From Neolecta irregularis DAH-3 (taxonomy: Eukaryota), in the NCBI GenBank assembly GCA_001929475.1, contig LXFE01000124.1:1-46087 (forward strand): DNA of 46,087 nucleotides, read 5' to 3'. Position 1 is the first letter of the stretch, and each line of letters starts with the position of its first letter. Positions 12,471-23,886 of the stretch are shown one piece after another. The notes below the pieces were generated by a model that ran no database searches, had not been told where the DNA came from, and saw nothing but the letters and a program-made list of their open reading frames with translations. Both the position numbers and the translations under genes were made by a program.

Positions 12471-14374
12471 ATGCCACCCCGCAAACGCACCATTATCGCG
12501 ATTTCCTCGGCTGAAGATGTCGCAACAGCTCCACCGCTAAAGAAATTGAGGACAACAACGACTCAGAAGAAGCTACCCGCAAAAAGGAGACCCCAGAGAA
12601 GAAAAGCCCAACCAACACTTGTAATTGATGAACTGAACGATGCTATCTCCTCCGACGGCGAAACTTCCATTCCGAGGGCAAGCCAGACAAATTCATCGCA
12701 ATATATTTTACGTCAGACGCTCAAGTTTCCTGATACTAATAACGTTGCTGCCACAGCCACGGACGGGATTCTGTGGACTGAGAGATATCGACCTGATCTA
12801 TCTACTCTAGCTATACATAAAAAGAAAATTGAGTCGGTACAGAAATGGATCGACATGCCTTCATCGGTATGTCTCTCGGGATGGATTGCTCCTCAATTAA
12901 TAGAAAATACTTATTCTATCTGGACCAGCAGGGTCCGGAAAAACTGCGACCGTCGAATCAATACTTCAGGGACAGGGCATCGCAAAACTTGAATGGGAGA
13001 ATCCAATGTTTCGAAGAGCTGCAGATGGTACAGTCTACTTTGTCATTAGAAGATCTTGATATCAAGAACATGAAAGTCTGATATCGAAGTTTCAAGAATT
13101 TTTAATCCGCGGGGAGAGATACCCAAATCTCATTACGGAAAAATACCCGCACACAGATCATCGAAAAGTCATCATTATCGAAGACATTCCCAATACCTTC
13201 TGCTCCCCCGACTCCAAACAATCTTTTAGGAAAATATTAAACCAATTCATCTATTCAACTCGTTCAAACTTCCCGCTAGTAATAATAATTTCAACTACTG
13301 AAACGCCAGATCAGTCAGATAATTTGACACCACATTCGCTCATTGGCTCCGAGATTCTTTCGAAATGTATGCATATAGAGTATAACTCTTGGCATACTTC
13401 GGACTAATGGAAGATTCAATCCAATAGCAAAGACATACATACAAAAGGCTCTTCTTCAAATAATTGAAAAGGAATCCTTAGGACTATTAGAGCCCGAATA
13501 TATCTCGGCAATCTCTGAATCAGGTGATATTAGATCTGCCATTAACACACTTCAATTTCAAACTATTGGCTCCCAAAAATCGAAACGGAAGTTTGCGAAG
13601 CGGAAAAAAGGGGAAAGAGTACTTCTCTCAACAATAGATCAAGAACTGGTGAGTTTTGCTGAACGTGATGTCAAAGTCGATGCATTCCACGCATTTGGGA
13701 AAATAGTTTACAATCGACGTATCCTCTTAACGCTAGAATAAGCTAAATTAAAAGGGATTGGAGACGATCCCGAGGATCCACCACATCCGCCTATGCAAGG
13801 GTCTTTACCAGACCACCTCAGTTCCTGGGCTCGAAGAAAAAGTAAAGTCGATATCGAAGTACCAACCCTAATTTGAGGAGGTCACCAACAAACAGGAATT
13901 GCTGTCGAATTTAACAGTGGACGTCTCAACCTTTCTGAACGGAATTTTTGAGAACTATGTATTGAGTTGCTCTACAATCGGAGAAATCAGTTCGACCCTT
14001 GAATCACTCTCTCAAACAGATTTTCCAATACCCTACAACTTGAGAGTATTCAATTTACTTTGTTCATGACTAACCTTAAGGCAATGGAGTCTCTCCTTGC
14101 TTCTTCTACCATTCGCTCAATATTGCTAAACCTTCCCTCCCCGGTGCTGCGCCTAAAAAAGGACAACAAGTTGTATTGGCCAGAAGTTTCGCGAGTTCTC
14201 AAACAACGAGACAATTCCTTGGAAGATTTGGGCGGGAAGCATTGGTCGACCTCCGAGAAATACGGGGGTCTCGGACGATTTGGACGGGAAAAACTGGGCA
14301 TCGTGAAGGCAGAGAAAAGAGTTATTGAAAAGGAAACAGAAGAAGAAATTTACGACTTGATTGAAGACTTTTAG
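12471..14374 (+). CDS. RAD17: DNA damage checkpoint clamp loader Rad17/Rad24
   Basis: LWTERYRPDLSTLAIHKKKIESVQKW, Walker A GPAGSGKTAT, IIIEDIPN, SESGDIRSAINTLQF and C-terminal DLIEDF; multiple short introns. Confidence 0.92.
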
Positions 14375-14501
14375 ATTGGTCGTTGGGTTTATTTCGGCTG
14401 GTACTTGCTTGGATGGGAAGAGCTATTGGTTGTCATTTATAATGCTCGGAAGAATTTAGGTATGATTCATAATAGCTAAATTTGTCCCATAGGGAAATCG
14501 A

Positions 14502-14596
14502 GACAGTATGTCCGAGTGGTTAAGGAGCAAGACTTGAATTACCTAAATGAAATCTTGTAGCGTTTCGCTGCGCAGGTTCAAATCCTGCTGCTGTCG
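14502..14596 (+). tRNA. tRNA-Ser(TGA) with ~13-nt intron (14539-14551)
   Basis: Acceptor stem GACAGTA/TGCTGTC, D-loop TCCGAGTGGTTAAGG, anticodon stem CAAGA/TCTTG, long variable arm, GGTTCAAATCC T-loop and downstream T-run terminator. Confidence 0.93.
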
Positions 14597-14788
14597 ACAT
14601 TTTTTTCTTCTGCCTTGTAGGATCTTGCGTTCGCTGGCTTGTTCGAAATGCTGCGATTGATTGTCTATGGGAGGATATGAATAGTGCTTGGCACAAGGAC
14701 TGAAGGCAAGATTGTTCAACTGGAAGTCCTCGCATCAGCCACCACCAGTACCTCTTGATTAAAGGGCGCAGCACCTCTGATTAATACA

Positions 14789-16156
14789 ATGCTTATACAG
14801 TTGTTCATATCTCTACTTATCCCACGGGCCTTGACGTTCTCGCTAAACACAGACCTGCTATCTTCGCCACAGTATACTTTAACATTCGACTCCCCATCAG
14901 TAAACGAACAAGCTGCCTTTGCCAAGCTAACACGGGTAATCATTCTCCTCGTTTTAAACCTAACCAATAGCCGAATCACCATCTCCTTCGGTTGAATGGA
15001 TCCAAATATCTTTGTGAAGTCCCGCCTCCACGTAATACTGCACAATCGCATCAACTTCCCCTTCTTTCACCCTCGGAAACGGAAACTGAGATCAACCGCC
15101 TGTCTCTCATAGCCGATGATCTCCTCCGTCCGCTATTAAAGGAATGCTTGTATTATGTACGCTCTTATTGCTATCAAATTTAATATATAGACAAGTGGGT
15201 GGTGGACATATGTATACTGTCCCGGACGGTTCTTCAAACAATACCACGGGATTCCTGGGACCTTTCCTCCCAAGCCTGACGAACGATTTGATGAATACGT
15301 CATGGGAAGAGGGTCAAATGGGACTGTGCAGAATATTGACGGTGTCTGGAATTATGTTGATCGAATGGAGAACGGCGACTTCTGCGGATTGATCAATAGG
15401 GAAAGGTCCATCGAGGTTCTGGTATGTTCATGCATCTTTTTACTTCTTGTCTCCGAATGGGGAAGGGACAATCGTATGCATTTTTGTTCGTGGCGGGATG
15501 CCTTTTCATTTGGCCAATTTGATATGCTACACTTCTCTTAATTCGCAAGATTCGATGTGAATCTTGGACCGAATGCTTCATATACGCCCAGGACCAATAT
15601 TCGTTGTGTGTACACACTCTTCATAGATAGCAATTCTGCCTTTTTAATTGCTTTTTATCTGATGCTAACGAGGTAGATTTCCTGTAATCCAACCCCAAAA
15701 TTATCTCGTGTCAAAGAGATTTCCACATGCATCTACCAAGCTTCCTTTGGTACTCCCCTACTTTGCGCCGAAGAATCCTTCCGACCACCTCCGCCAGAGG
15801 AAAGCACGAACATATCGTGCCAAAAAATTACTTCATTGCCTGAAATTGACGAGAAAAGCGAGACGGCAAGTCAACTGGCCAAACAGTCCATCCTCAAGAC
15901 ACCAGATACTACAGAAAACACAGAACCCATTGAAGCAAATGAAGAGCAAGATTCAGTTCATGTTGATCTCCTTGGCAACGATGGGATGACCTACCCAATT
16001 GTAAATATGTTGCTTGAGGAAGACGGGAACCTGAAAGCCATTGCGAGTGATGGAGATGACCTGAGTGAAGAAGAGAAAGAGCAACTGGAGAAATTGAAGA
16101 AGAAATTGGAAAAGCAGGTAAAGGCGTTGTTTGATGAACACTTGATGGAATTTTAG
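14789..16156 (+). CDS. YOS9: ER lectin Yos9/OS-9 (MRH domain)
   Basis: Signal peptide MLIQLFISLLIPRALT. MRH motifs CLYY..GWWTYVYC..FFKQYH and MENGDFC..RSIEVL|ISC..RVKEISTCIY..TPLLC; acidic tail ending EHLMEF; long intron 15422-15676. Confidence 0.85.
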
Positions 16157-16247
16157 TTCATTTTTTGCTACAATCTTTACAAGTTGCTATCGATATCATC
16201 TATATATAGACAACCAATAATTCTTTCTTTTCCAATCCCTCGTCTTG

Positions 16248-17340
16248 CTAGATAGACACCGGGAAAGACAAAAACCCTCTTTCGTATCCTTCCGGATAAT
16301 GAAACACAGGCGAGACAATTTCTCCCGCACTTACGGCACTTCTGAGGTTTGAAACATTTATATGATAGATACACTGATGTTTATCTGCAACCGAAACCTC
16401 ATCCCCACGCAGATCAGTATTACTCAGCGAAAGTACTTGTGCCAATACTGTTCCGTTTGTTATAGTTAAAACAAGGCATTCAGAAGAACTGCTGCAGATC
16501 CCAAAAGATTTCATGGAGCCAAGATGGCTTCCAAATAACATCAGTCTTGTTCATTGAAATGAGTCTGCATGGCATTAGGCTCGCTTCTCGGTCTTACATA
16601 TTCAAGCAGATGGACAGATGCCTCGCAGACTTGCTGAAGCAGCGTAAAAACCCCCATATCCTAGAGAAACCCGGGCTTCCGTGACGCTATACTTAAGCGG
16701 ATGTAGCATAACTCCCTCCCGGATATAGGAGGCGTATATTTAATTGCAGTCTTCCCTGCCTTAGGCTGCACAAATGGATCATACTTTTCTCATCACGGCC
16801 GGATTGATTTCCTGCATTGTTGTCACTGCTATAAGTCGATTTCTGTCCTCCGCGATGGTTGAGGCCGAGCCCAAGTGCAAATCAACGAGACGATGGATGA
16901 CGGTCGATATTTCGTCTATTTGATCAATTCAGACGTCTCAGAAGTCGCCGGACGAAGATGATACGTTCATTAAAGTATAACCATTATATCTATAAAGTTA
17001 CAGAAGGAGTACTCTCGCTATGGGCCTGGTTTGCTGGTGGGGGTTGTAGAGAAAGAAAACTCAAACACATGCTGTTCGCTTTTGTATCCCAGATATTCTA
17101 ATATTATTTCATATATCCGTTCTGCTCAGCTTTCCCCAATATAACATCCATTCTTCCAGCACTCATAAAGAACTAGGGTGGTTTATGATGCCGTTTTTAA
17201 TTACCAATTTTAAAAAAGAATTCCCCTTGTCGCGAGTAACATGGCAACACGCACTTCTTCATTTTCCAGTTACAGTGCAACTCAATACAATCAAATTCAC
17301 TGTGAATCCTGATTGGAGCCTGTATTCCAGCACACTCTTC
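16248..17340 (-). pseudogene. Decayed tandem AAA+ ATPase relic (Cdc48/Afg2-like)
   Basis: Ordered remnants across frames with stops: AGIQAP, TGK*, YIGES*, IDQIDEI, LIAVTTMQEINPAVMRK/GRLQLNIRLLYP (SRH-like), GYG..LLQQVCEA, then DLRGDEV and IVSPVFHYPEGYER (D2 start-like). Confidence 0.45.
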
Positions 17341-17581
17341 CAGCTGCACTTACGTACTGATACTAAAGCCGTATGCCCTTTTCTATCACTATTCCTGTTA
17401 TTGCCCTCTCTTACCGAATGGCCTAAAAGAACTTCCACATCCCTACTTCTAATTTCTTTTCCAGATGCCTTATCCCTGTATTTAGAAGCTACTGGTTGTA
17501 TTACAATGGAAATATTAATGTGTCATTTGGAGACGACTCCAGGGTTCGTTGTTAGATAACCGTTCATGGTCCCTTCTCCCC

Positions 17582-18235
17582 ATGTCATTTACTAAACCGT
17601 CCGCTGCAGAATTACTTGACAGTGTCGAACCATATCTCTCCTCTCATGGACGTACAGTAATCACAATTTCCGGCATCCCTGGAAGTGGCAAGTCAACTCT
17701 CCTCTCCTCACTCTACACTGAAATTTTACAACGAAAACTTGAAAGTGAGATCAAGGCGATATCTATGGACGGATGGCATTATTCTCGTAGCGGATTGGAA
17801 AAAATGAGCGATCCTAAAGAAGCGATTAGAAGGAGAGGAGCTCCGTTCACGTTCGATTCGGAGGGTTGCATTGATATGATTCGTCGAATTAAATTAGGAG
17901 AGCAAGTGGGGTGTCCTACTTTCGATCATTCAGTGAAGGACCCCGTTTTCGACACTGTGACAATAGCAAAGGAGAAAATTATTTTCATCGAGGGGCTATA
18001 CCTCTCCTACACTGAAGCTCCTTGGAATCGAATTGCAGAATACGTAGACAAAGCTTGGTTCTTGAAATGTGATGTCAATGTTGCGAGTATGAGAGTAGTC
18101 AGAAGACATGTCCACAGCGGAATAACAGATGATATAGAAGCTGCGTGGAAACGATGGCATGAGAGTGATAAGATTAATGCTGATTTGATACTTGAGCACA
18201 TAGGTCAAATTGATCTGAACATACAGAACCTTTAG
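17582..18235 (+). CDS. P-loop kinase of the uridine kinase/phosphoribulokinase/PanK fold (YFH7-like), intronless
   Basis: Walker A SGIPGSGKST, MDGWHYSR..L....DP.EAIRRRGAPFTFD, CPTFDHSVKDPV and IIFIEGLYL. Confidence 0.88.
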   Translation: MSFTKPSAAELLDSVEPYLSSHGRTVITISGIPGSGKSTLLSSLYTEILQRKLESEIKAISMDGWHYSRSGLEKMSDPKEAIRRRGAPFTFDSEGCIDMIRRIKLGEQVGCPTFDHSVKDPVFDTVTIAKEKIIFIEGLYLSYTEAPWNRIAEYVDKAWFLKCDVNVASMRVVRRHVHSGITDDIEAAWKRWHESDKINADLILEHIGQIDLNIQNL

Positions 18236-18522
18236 TCAAATGAAACTTCATGTCAATATTGAAGAGCATCTGGCAAATTCTAAACCTTGGCCGCCTAAAT
18301 TATTGGACGTGGCACGAGCATTCTACTTCTGTCATAAAACATTATGAAGAGTAGACAATCATTTCTGTGACCTGTGTGGTAAGCTTACAAATATTTTATA
18401 GCATCAGCCCTCGTATTATAATTGCTTTGATGGCGTTAATGGAATAGTTACTATACTGCAGATTTCCCCCGCCTGTGAGGAGGTAGGAAACTGGGACGAG
18501 AATACCTCTAGCAAAAGGATAT

Positions 18523-18625
18523 TGGTGACGATGGGATTCGAACCCATGCGCGTTTCCGCATCAGGAGGTTCTTCCTAGAAAGACTGGCTTGAATCTGACG
18601 CCTTAACCAACTCGGCCACATCACC
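18523..18625 (-). tRNA. tRNA-Leu(CAA) with intron
   Basis: Minus strand reads GGTGATGTGGCCGAGTTGGTTAAGGCG TCAGA TT CAA G [intron] .. TGCGGAAACGCG CATGGGTTCGAATCCCATCGTCACCA. Confidence 0.92.
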
Positions 18626-18798
18626 TTGTCGGGACATAGGTTGCAGATCAATATGAATGAGTGTTACCAGTTTACAAAAACTCTCGCCAACCTCTCAGCA
18701 AGTCTTAGATCGCTTTGGTCTCCCGCATGAGTCTACAGGTAAAGGAATCGCCAATCAGCAAGGACGCGTGGCGTTCGGCACTGAAGTAACCTATAACT

Positions 18799-19783
18799 AT
18801 GCCTGATTATCTCTTCAAATCACGGAGCAAATCCAAGAATATTCGTAAACGCCCGGCCGATCGTCCCCTGTCATCTTCGGACTCAGAACCCGAAGAAACA
18901 GCAGCATCCTCCCGTCTCCAGAAAAATACATCCGCTATTAGATCGTCAAAGATCCCAAAATCCATTGTATCTGAGGTTGATGTAACATACGCCTCCGCAC
19001 GATCGTCGAGGAACACGAATATCAACGATGTAGCTCGAGAAATCGAGACGAAGCCAGATAAACCAGTGGCAAACCCAGTAAATGATCAATTTTATCATGG
19101 AGCCGAGAATTATAAGAAACATATTACACCAAGAGAAAGTGGAGCTGTTGGACCGGTCAAGGCGCCTCAAAACATTCGGCAAATTACAATAATTGACTAC
19201 CAGCCCGATGTTTGTAAGGACTATAAGGAGACAGGATATTGTGGATACGGTGACTCGTGTAAGTTTTTGCACGATCGAGGTACGTGCGTTCGTTTTCTGC
19301 CCTTCCCTAGAGTTTTAATTTCAGGATGGACCTGTCTAATGCTCAACATTCAATACAAGTAACTCGTTGATGCTGTTGCTTGACAGATTCTTTATTATTT
19401 CATTGGGAATATTGCATGGATGCTAACATTTCGCAGGAGATTACAAAGCAGGTTGGCAGCTAGACCGCGAATGGGAAACTGTTCAACGCCGAGATCAAAC
19501 GAGTACTAAACCACCTGCTTCAGATGTGGACTCTGAGGAAGACCTTCCTTTTGTATGTCTAATTTGCCGTTGTGAGTATTCCTCACCGATCGTAACGAAA
19601 TGCGGACACTTCTTTTGCGAGGCCTGTGCCATTAAACGGTACAAAAAGAACCCGAGTTGTCTTGTATGTGGAGCGGGAACGATGGGTATTTTTCATCCAG
19701 CAAAAAAGCTGGAAGGCAAAATCAAGGAGAAGAAGGAACGAGAAGAAAAAGAAGCTGAAGTGGAGAATGAAGTTGATAGTTAG
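18799..19783 (+). CDS. CWC24: Pre-mRNA splicing factor Cwc24/RNF113 (CCCH plus RING fingers)
   Basis: [43 protein letters not shown] and [28 protein letters not shown]; a single 157-nt intron 19280-19436. Confidence 0.96.
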
Positions 19784-20330
19784 GTATTTATGTACGAGGT
19801 TTCTTGTGGAGGCTTCCATAGTGCAAGGCAGCCCTTGATATTCAAACCAAGTTGCATTAAAGACAAGGTTGTGTGAATCCAGAGCATCATTTACAAGTTC
19901 ACCTGTCTGTGTAACAACGATATACCCGGAGTATTACCGGGATATATCGTACCAATACAGTATGAGGCGCAATAAAAAATAAGGGCAATTAATATATAGA
20001 GGATATAACGGCTTAGCAAACATATCTTAACCTAAGCATAACGTTCTGCTTACTTAGGTTAAGGTATGTGAAGCGTTAAAGGTCTGCTTGCTTAGGTTAA
20101 GGAGTATAACCTGATCTTATTTGTACACTACGCTTCACCACTTACCCTCTGTGAGTCTCTCAGTTAGCAGTAATCCTGCGGCAACTCCGCTAATTCGGGA
20201 ATTCTCCGCTAATTTCTTTCCAGCCACAATTCAAACTCCGAGCACGGTGAAATTCACCACCCAAAAGCTCTCTGGATTCTCCCCATTTATCCTGAATACT
20301 GAATAGTTCATTCTGCTTGTCAACATATCA

Positions 20331-22365
20331 ATGATCCGAACTACCATTCCCCGTGCATTGCCTACCGTTCGCAGCGTCTCAAGGGTTGCCATCAATGTGG
20401 TACGTTGTTTTTATCTGTTCGGGAGGGGGAAGATGTGGGCTGCAAGTCGGAAAACTTGCCCATTGCATTATTTATATGCTGACCCGTTCAAATTGAGAGT
20501 TTCTTTTTCTCCTTTTCTTTTCGTGGCTCTATTGTTGACCCACAAGACGCGAACCAAAATCCCCGCCGTTATCATAAGGCGTCGAACCTACGCAACTGCC
20601 AATCCGACAGAGGTTAGTTCAATCCTTGAAGAGCGAATTCGAGGCGCCGTTTCAGAGACCAACCTCGCGGAGACTGGGCGAGTTTTATCCGTCGGGTACA
20701 ATTCGCCTCTCGTTTGAATAGTTATTTAATAGCTATATAGTGACGGTATTGCTCGTATCCATGGGCTTACAAATGTCCAAGCTGAAGAACTTATCGAATT
20801 TGCTTCGGGAGTCAAAGGGATGGCGCTGAATTTGGAAGCAGGCCAAGTACGTGTCATTCATTCCACGTTGTAGACTAATGCCTTTTCCTAGGTTGGTGCA
20901 GTATTATTTGGTAGCGATCGGCTTGTTAGGGAAGGGGAAACTGTCAAACGAACAGGGCAAATCGTCGATGTTCCTGTTGGTGAAGGATTACTTGGGCGAG
21001 TTGTAGACGCTCTTGGTCAACCAATCGATGGAAAAGGTCCAATCAAATCATCTCAGCGCACAATAGTCCAATCTAAGGCTCCTGGAATTTTGCCTCGAGA
21101 ATCTGTCTCCGAGCCCATGCAGACTGGTATTGTAGACACTTATTCTCCCATGTTAATGCCATCAGGTCTTAAAGCCGTAGATGCCATGGTTCCCATCGGT
21201 CGAGGCCAGCGAGAGCTCATCATTGGTGACAGACAAACGGGAAAGACGGCCGTCGCTATCGATGCAATTCTCAATCAGAAGCGATGGAACAACGGAGCTG
21301 ACGAATCCAAGAAACTATATTGTGTATATGTTGCGATTGGACAAAAACGATCGACCGTTGCTCAACTTGTTCAAACTCTCGAGCAGCACGATGCGATGAA
21401 ATATTCTATCGTAGTGGCTGCCACTGCATCAGAGGCAGCTCCCCTTCAATATCTTGCTCCATTCTCCGGCTGTGCCATGGGCGAATGGTTCCGAGATAAT
21501 GGGAAACATGCATTAATTGTATATGACGATTTGTCCAAACAGGCCGTCGCTTATCGACAAATGTCTCTACTGCTTCGAAGACCTCCTGGCCGAGAGGCTT
21601 ACCCCGGAGAGTATATTGCAGTATTACGAACACATTTTGATAGTCTAGCGTTTTCTACCTGCATTCTCGATTACTAGAACGAGCTGCTAAGATGAACAAA
21701 AAGACTCATGGCGGCGGCTCTCTTACTGCTCTCCCGATTATTGAAACGCAAGGTGGTGATGTATCCGCTTATATTCCAACCAATGGTTTGTTTTATATAT
21801 CATACATTCTAACCCGAAGTTATCTCTATCACCGACGGTCAGATCTTTTTAGAAGCAGAGCTTTTCTTCAAGGGTATCCGGCCAGCTATCAATGTCGGTC
21901 TTTCCGTTTCTCGGGTCGGTTCCGCTGCTCAGTTGAAGGCTATGAAAAAAGTTGCCGGTTCCCTCAAGCTCTTCTTAGCTCAATACAGAGAAGTTGCTGC
22001 ATTTGCTCAATTCGGTTCTGATCTTGATGCCTCTACGAAATCTACTCTTGCACGGTATCTTCTCTTTGCTCATGTGAGTGTTAATTTTGAAAAGTGGTGA
22101 ACGTTTAACAGAGCTCCTCAAACAACGACAATACTCACCACTAGCTGTTGAAGAAATGGTTCCTCTTATCTATGCCGGAGTTAATGGTTACCTTGACAAA
22201 GTTCCTGTCGAGAGAATCACAGAATTTGAGCAGAAGTTCCTTGGACACATTCGAACTAACGAAATTGACTTACTCAAGACGATCAATAAAGATGGAGATA
22301 TCTTTAAAGCCACAGAAGAAAATATCAAAAAGTTGATTGATGGCTTTGTGAAGAGTTTCTTATAG
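20331..22365 (+). CDS. ATP1: Mitochondrial F1 ATP synthase subunit alpha
   Basis: Presequence-like N-terminus, [22 protein letters not shown] and [28 protein letters not shown]; introns 20400-20546, 20696-20740, 20847-20891, 21127-21165, 21611-21648, 21786-21819, 22055-22094. Confidence 0.98.
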
Positions 22366-22929
22366 GATTATCTGTGCAAAGCGCGGGTATAAAATGACAT
22401 AGTTGAGATAGAAGAGCGGGATAATTATAGAGTGCTATATATTCAGACTATTTGTTGTCGTTTTCAATTGACTTGTCGATGGTCGAATATCTGGCATAAC
22501 TGTTCAACACATTGCAAGATTACTTATGTATCGCTCATTATTTTTTTTTCATTGTCTGATAATTGCATTTCTTTAAAGCCTTCTTCAGCTTTGATTGGAT
22601 GAAATCGAATTGACATCCCATGTGACAGTGAATCAAAAATAAAAACTAATTATAGGATAGGGCAAGAGAAGAAATGCACGGTGAGACAAAATAGTTTACC
22701 ATGAGCGAAGGTTAGGGTTAGGGTTATGGATCTTCACAACGCAAATGGTAGAATGATACAATTTTTTTCCTAGCCTAAAAAACATGTACATGGAAAACCC
22801 GTTTACCAAGTCCACAAAAAAACAACAAACAAGCCACTAACCCTAACCCACCTTATACAAATCCCATTGTATATACAATATCAAATCATTCCTAAGGAGC
22901 CGTCAGTTTCAGTGTATTTAACGTCGTTG

Positions 22930-23886
22930 TCATACCCATTGAGCAGCAATACGTTGCCTCTCGAGGTACGCCAATAGCATAATGCCAACTGCGTCAAAGT
23001 TTGTCGCAGGAACTGTGGAATCATCATCTGATTGAGGAGGAGAGGTTGGCGTCAATGCTTGTGTCGGAATATGTGGAGATGACGTGGTGGGAACTAAAAG
23101 TTCGTCGTATCGAACTTGTCTTCTTTTATAGTTGGAAGGCGTTCGGGGAACTTTTCCTTTGATCTTTCCAGGGCCTCCGAGTAACTCGAGTTCTAATGCG
23201 TCATTCTGAACCAATTGGCGAGGAACACATACTGTCCTTATCGAAATAATATAGCTCTTTCATAGTTTGTACCCTGGAACTGACTTGACGGTTGTTGAGA
23301 ACAATGCCGTGACATTTCAAAAGCAACGCCGAGATCATATTGCTTCTACCATTGAATGTAGTGCCCTCAAAATGAATCCTCCCAGCGCTCTTCTGCGGGC
23401 CTGTCCTTCGAAGAACTAGAAGGCTGAGCAATCGTCTTGAAAGCGGGAATTGATACTGCCAAGTATATATTCGTAAATAAGTTCCTTTGAGGCCTGATCT
23501 TTGTGTTTACCCTTGTCCTCGTCGGTTTTGGCTTGGCTGGAATCACTATGGCCGCTGCATAGGGATATTGCTTGTTCTTGCGCTGCCCCGACGATATTGG
23601 TCGCAAGATCGATGCCAGCAGTTTGGATCGGATATTCCAATGTTGTAGGGGGTGTTATGGGAGGAGTAATGACCGTGTTCTGACAAATAATACCATTATA
23701 TAGGTATACAAGGTCTCCGTAGAATGGGAAGCTGCCGCAAGGTTGGGCGTAGAGGCATTTTTCGAACATAATCGTAGTCCAAAGAAGGTCCTGAAAACCT
23801 TTGGCTTGCTCATAGGTTAACGGGCCATATAGCGTGAAGCCTTGGGGGACTGTAACGGCAAATGGCATGACGGGGTCAGACATCAT
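22930..23886 (-). CDS. Putative divergent TEA/ATTS-domain transcription factor (3 exons, about 290 aa)
   Basis: Three ORFs join in frame via introns 23456-23416 and 23232-23193. The middle exon reads GRIHFEGTTFNGRSNMISALLLKCHGIVLNNRQVSSRVQTMK, compared with the TEA consensus GRNELIARYI...TG..RTRKQVSSHIQVL. Confidence 0.65.

Noticed and set aside
14520-14774. ORF containing TAAGFEPA
   Set aside because: Antisense translation of the tRNA-Ser T-loop.
22837-22849. CTAACCCTAACCC as a telomerase RNA template
   Set aside because: It lies only ~80 nt from the TEA-like stop, no pseudoknot or CR4/5 was recognised, and it is paired with an inverted copy.
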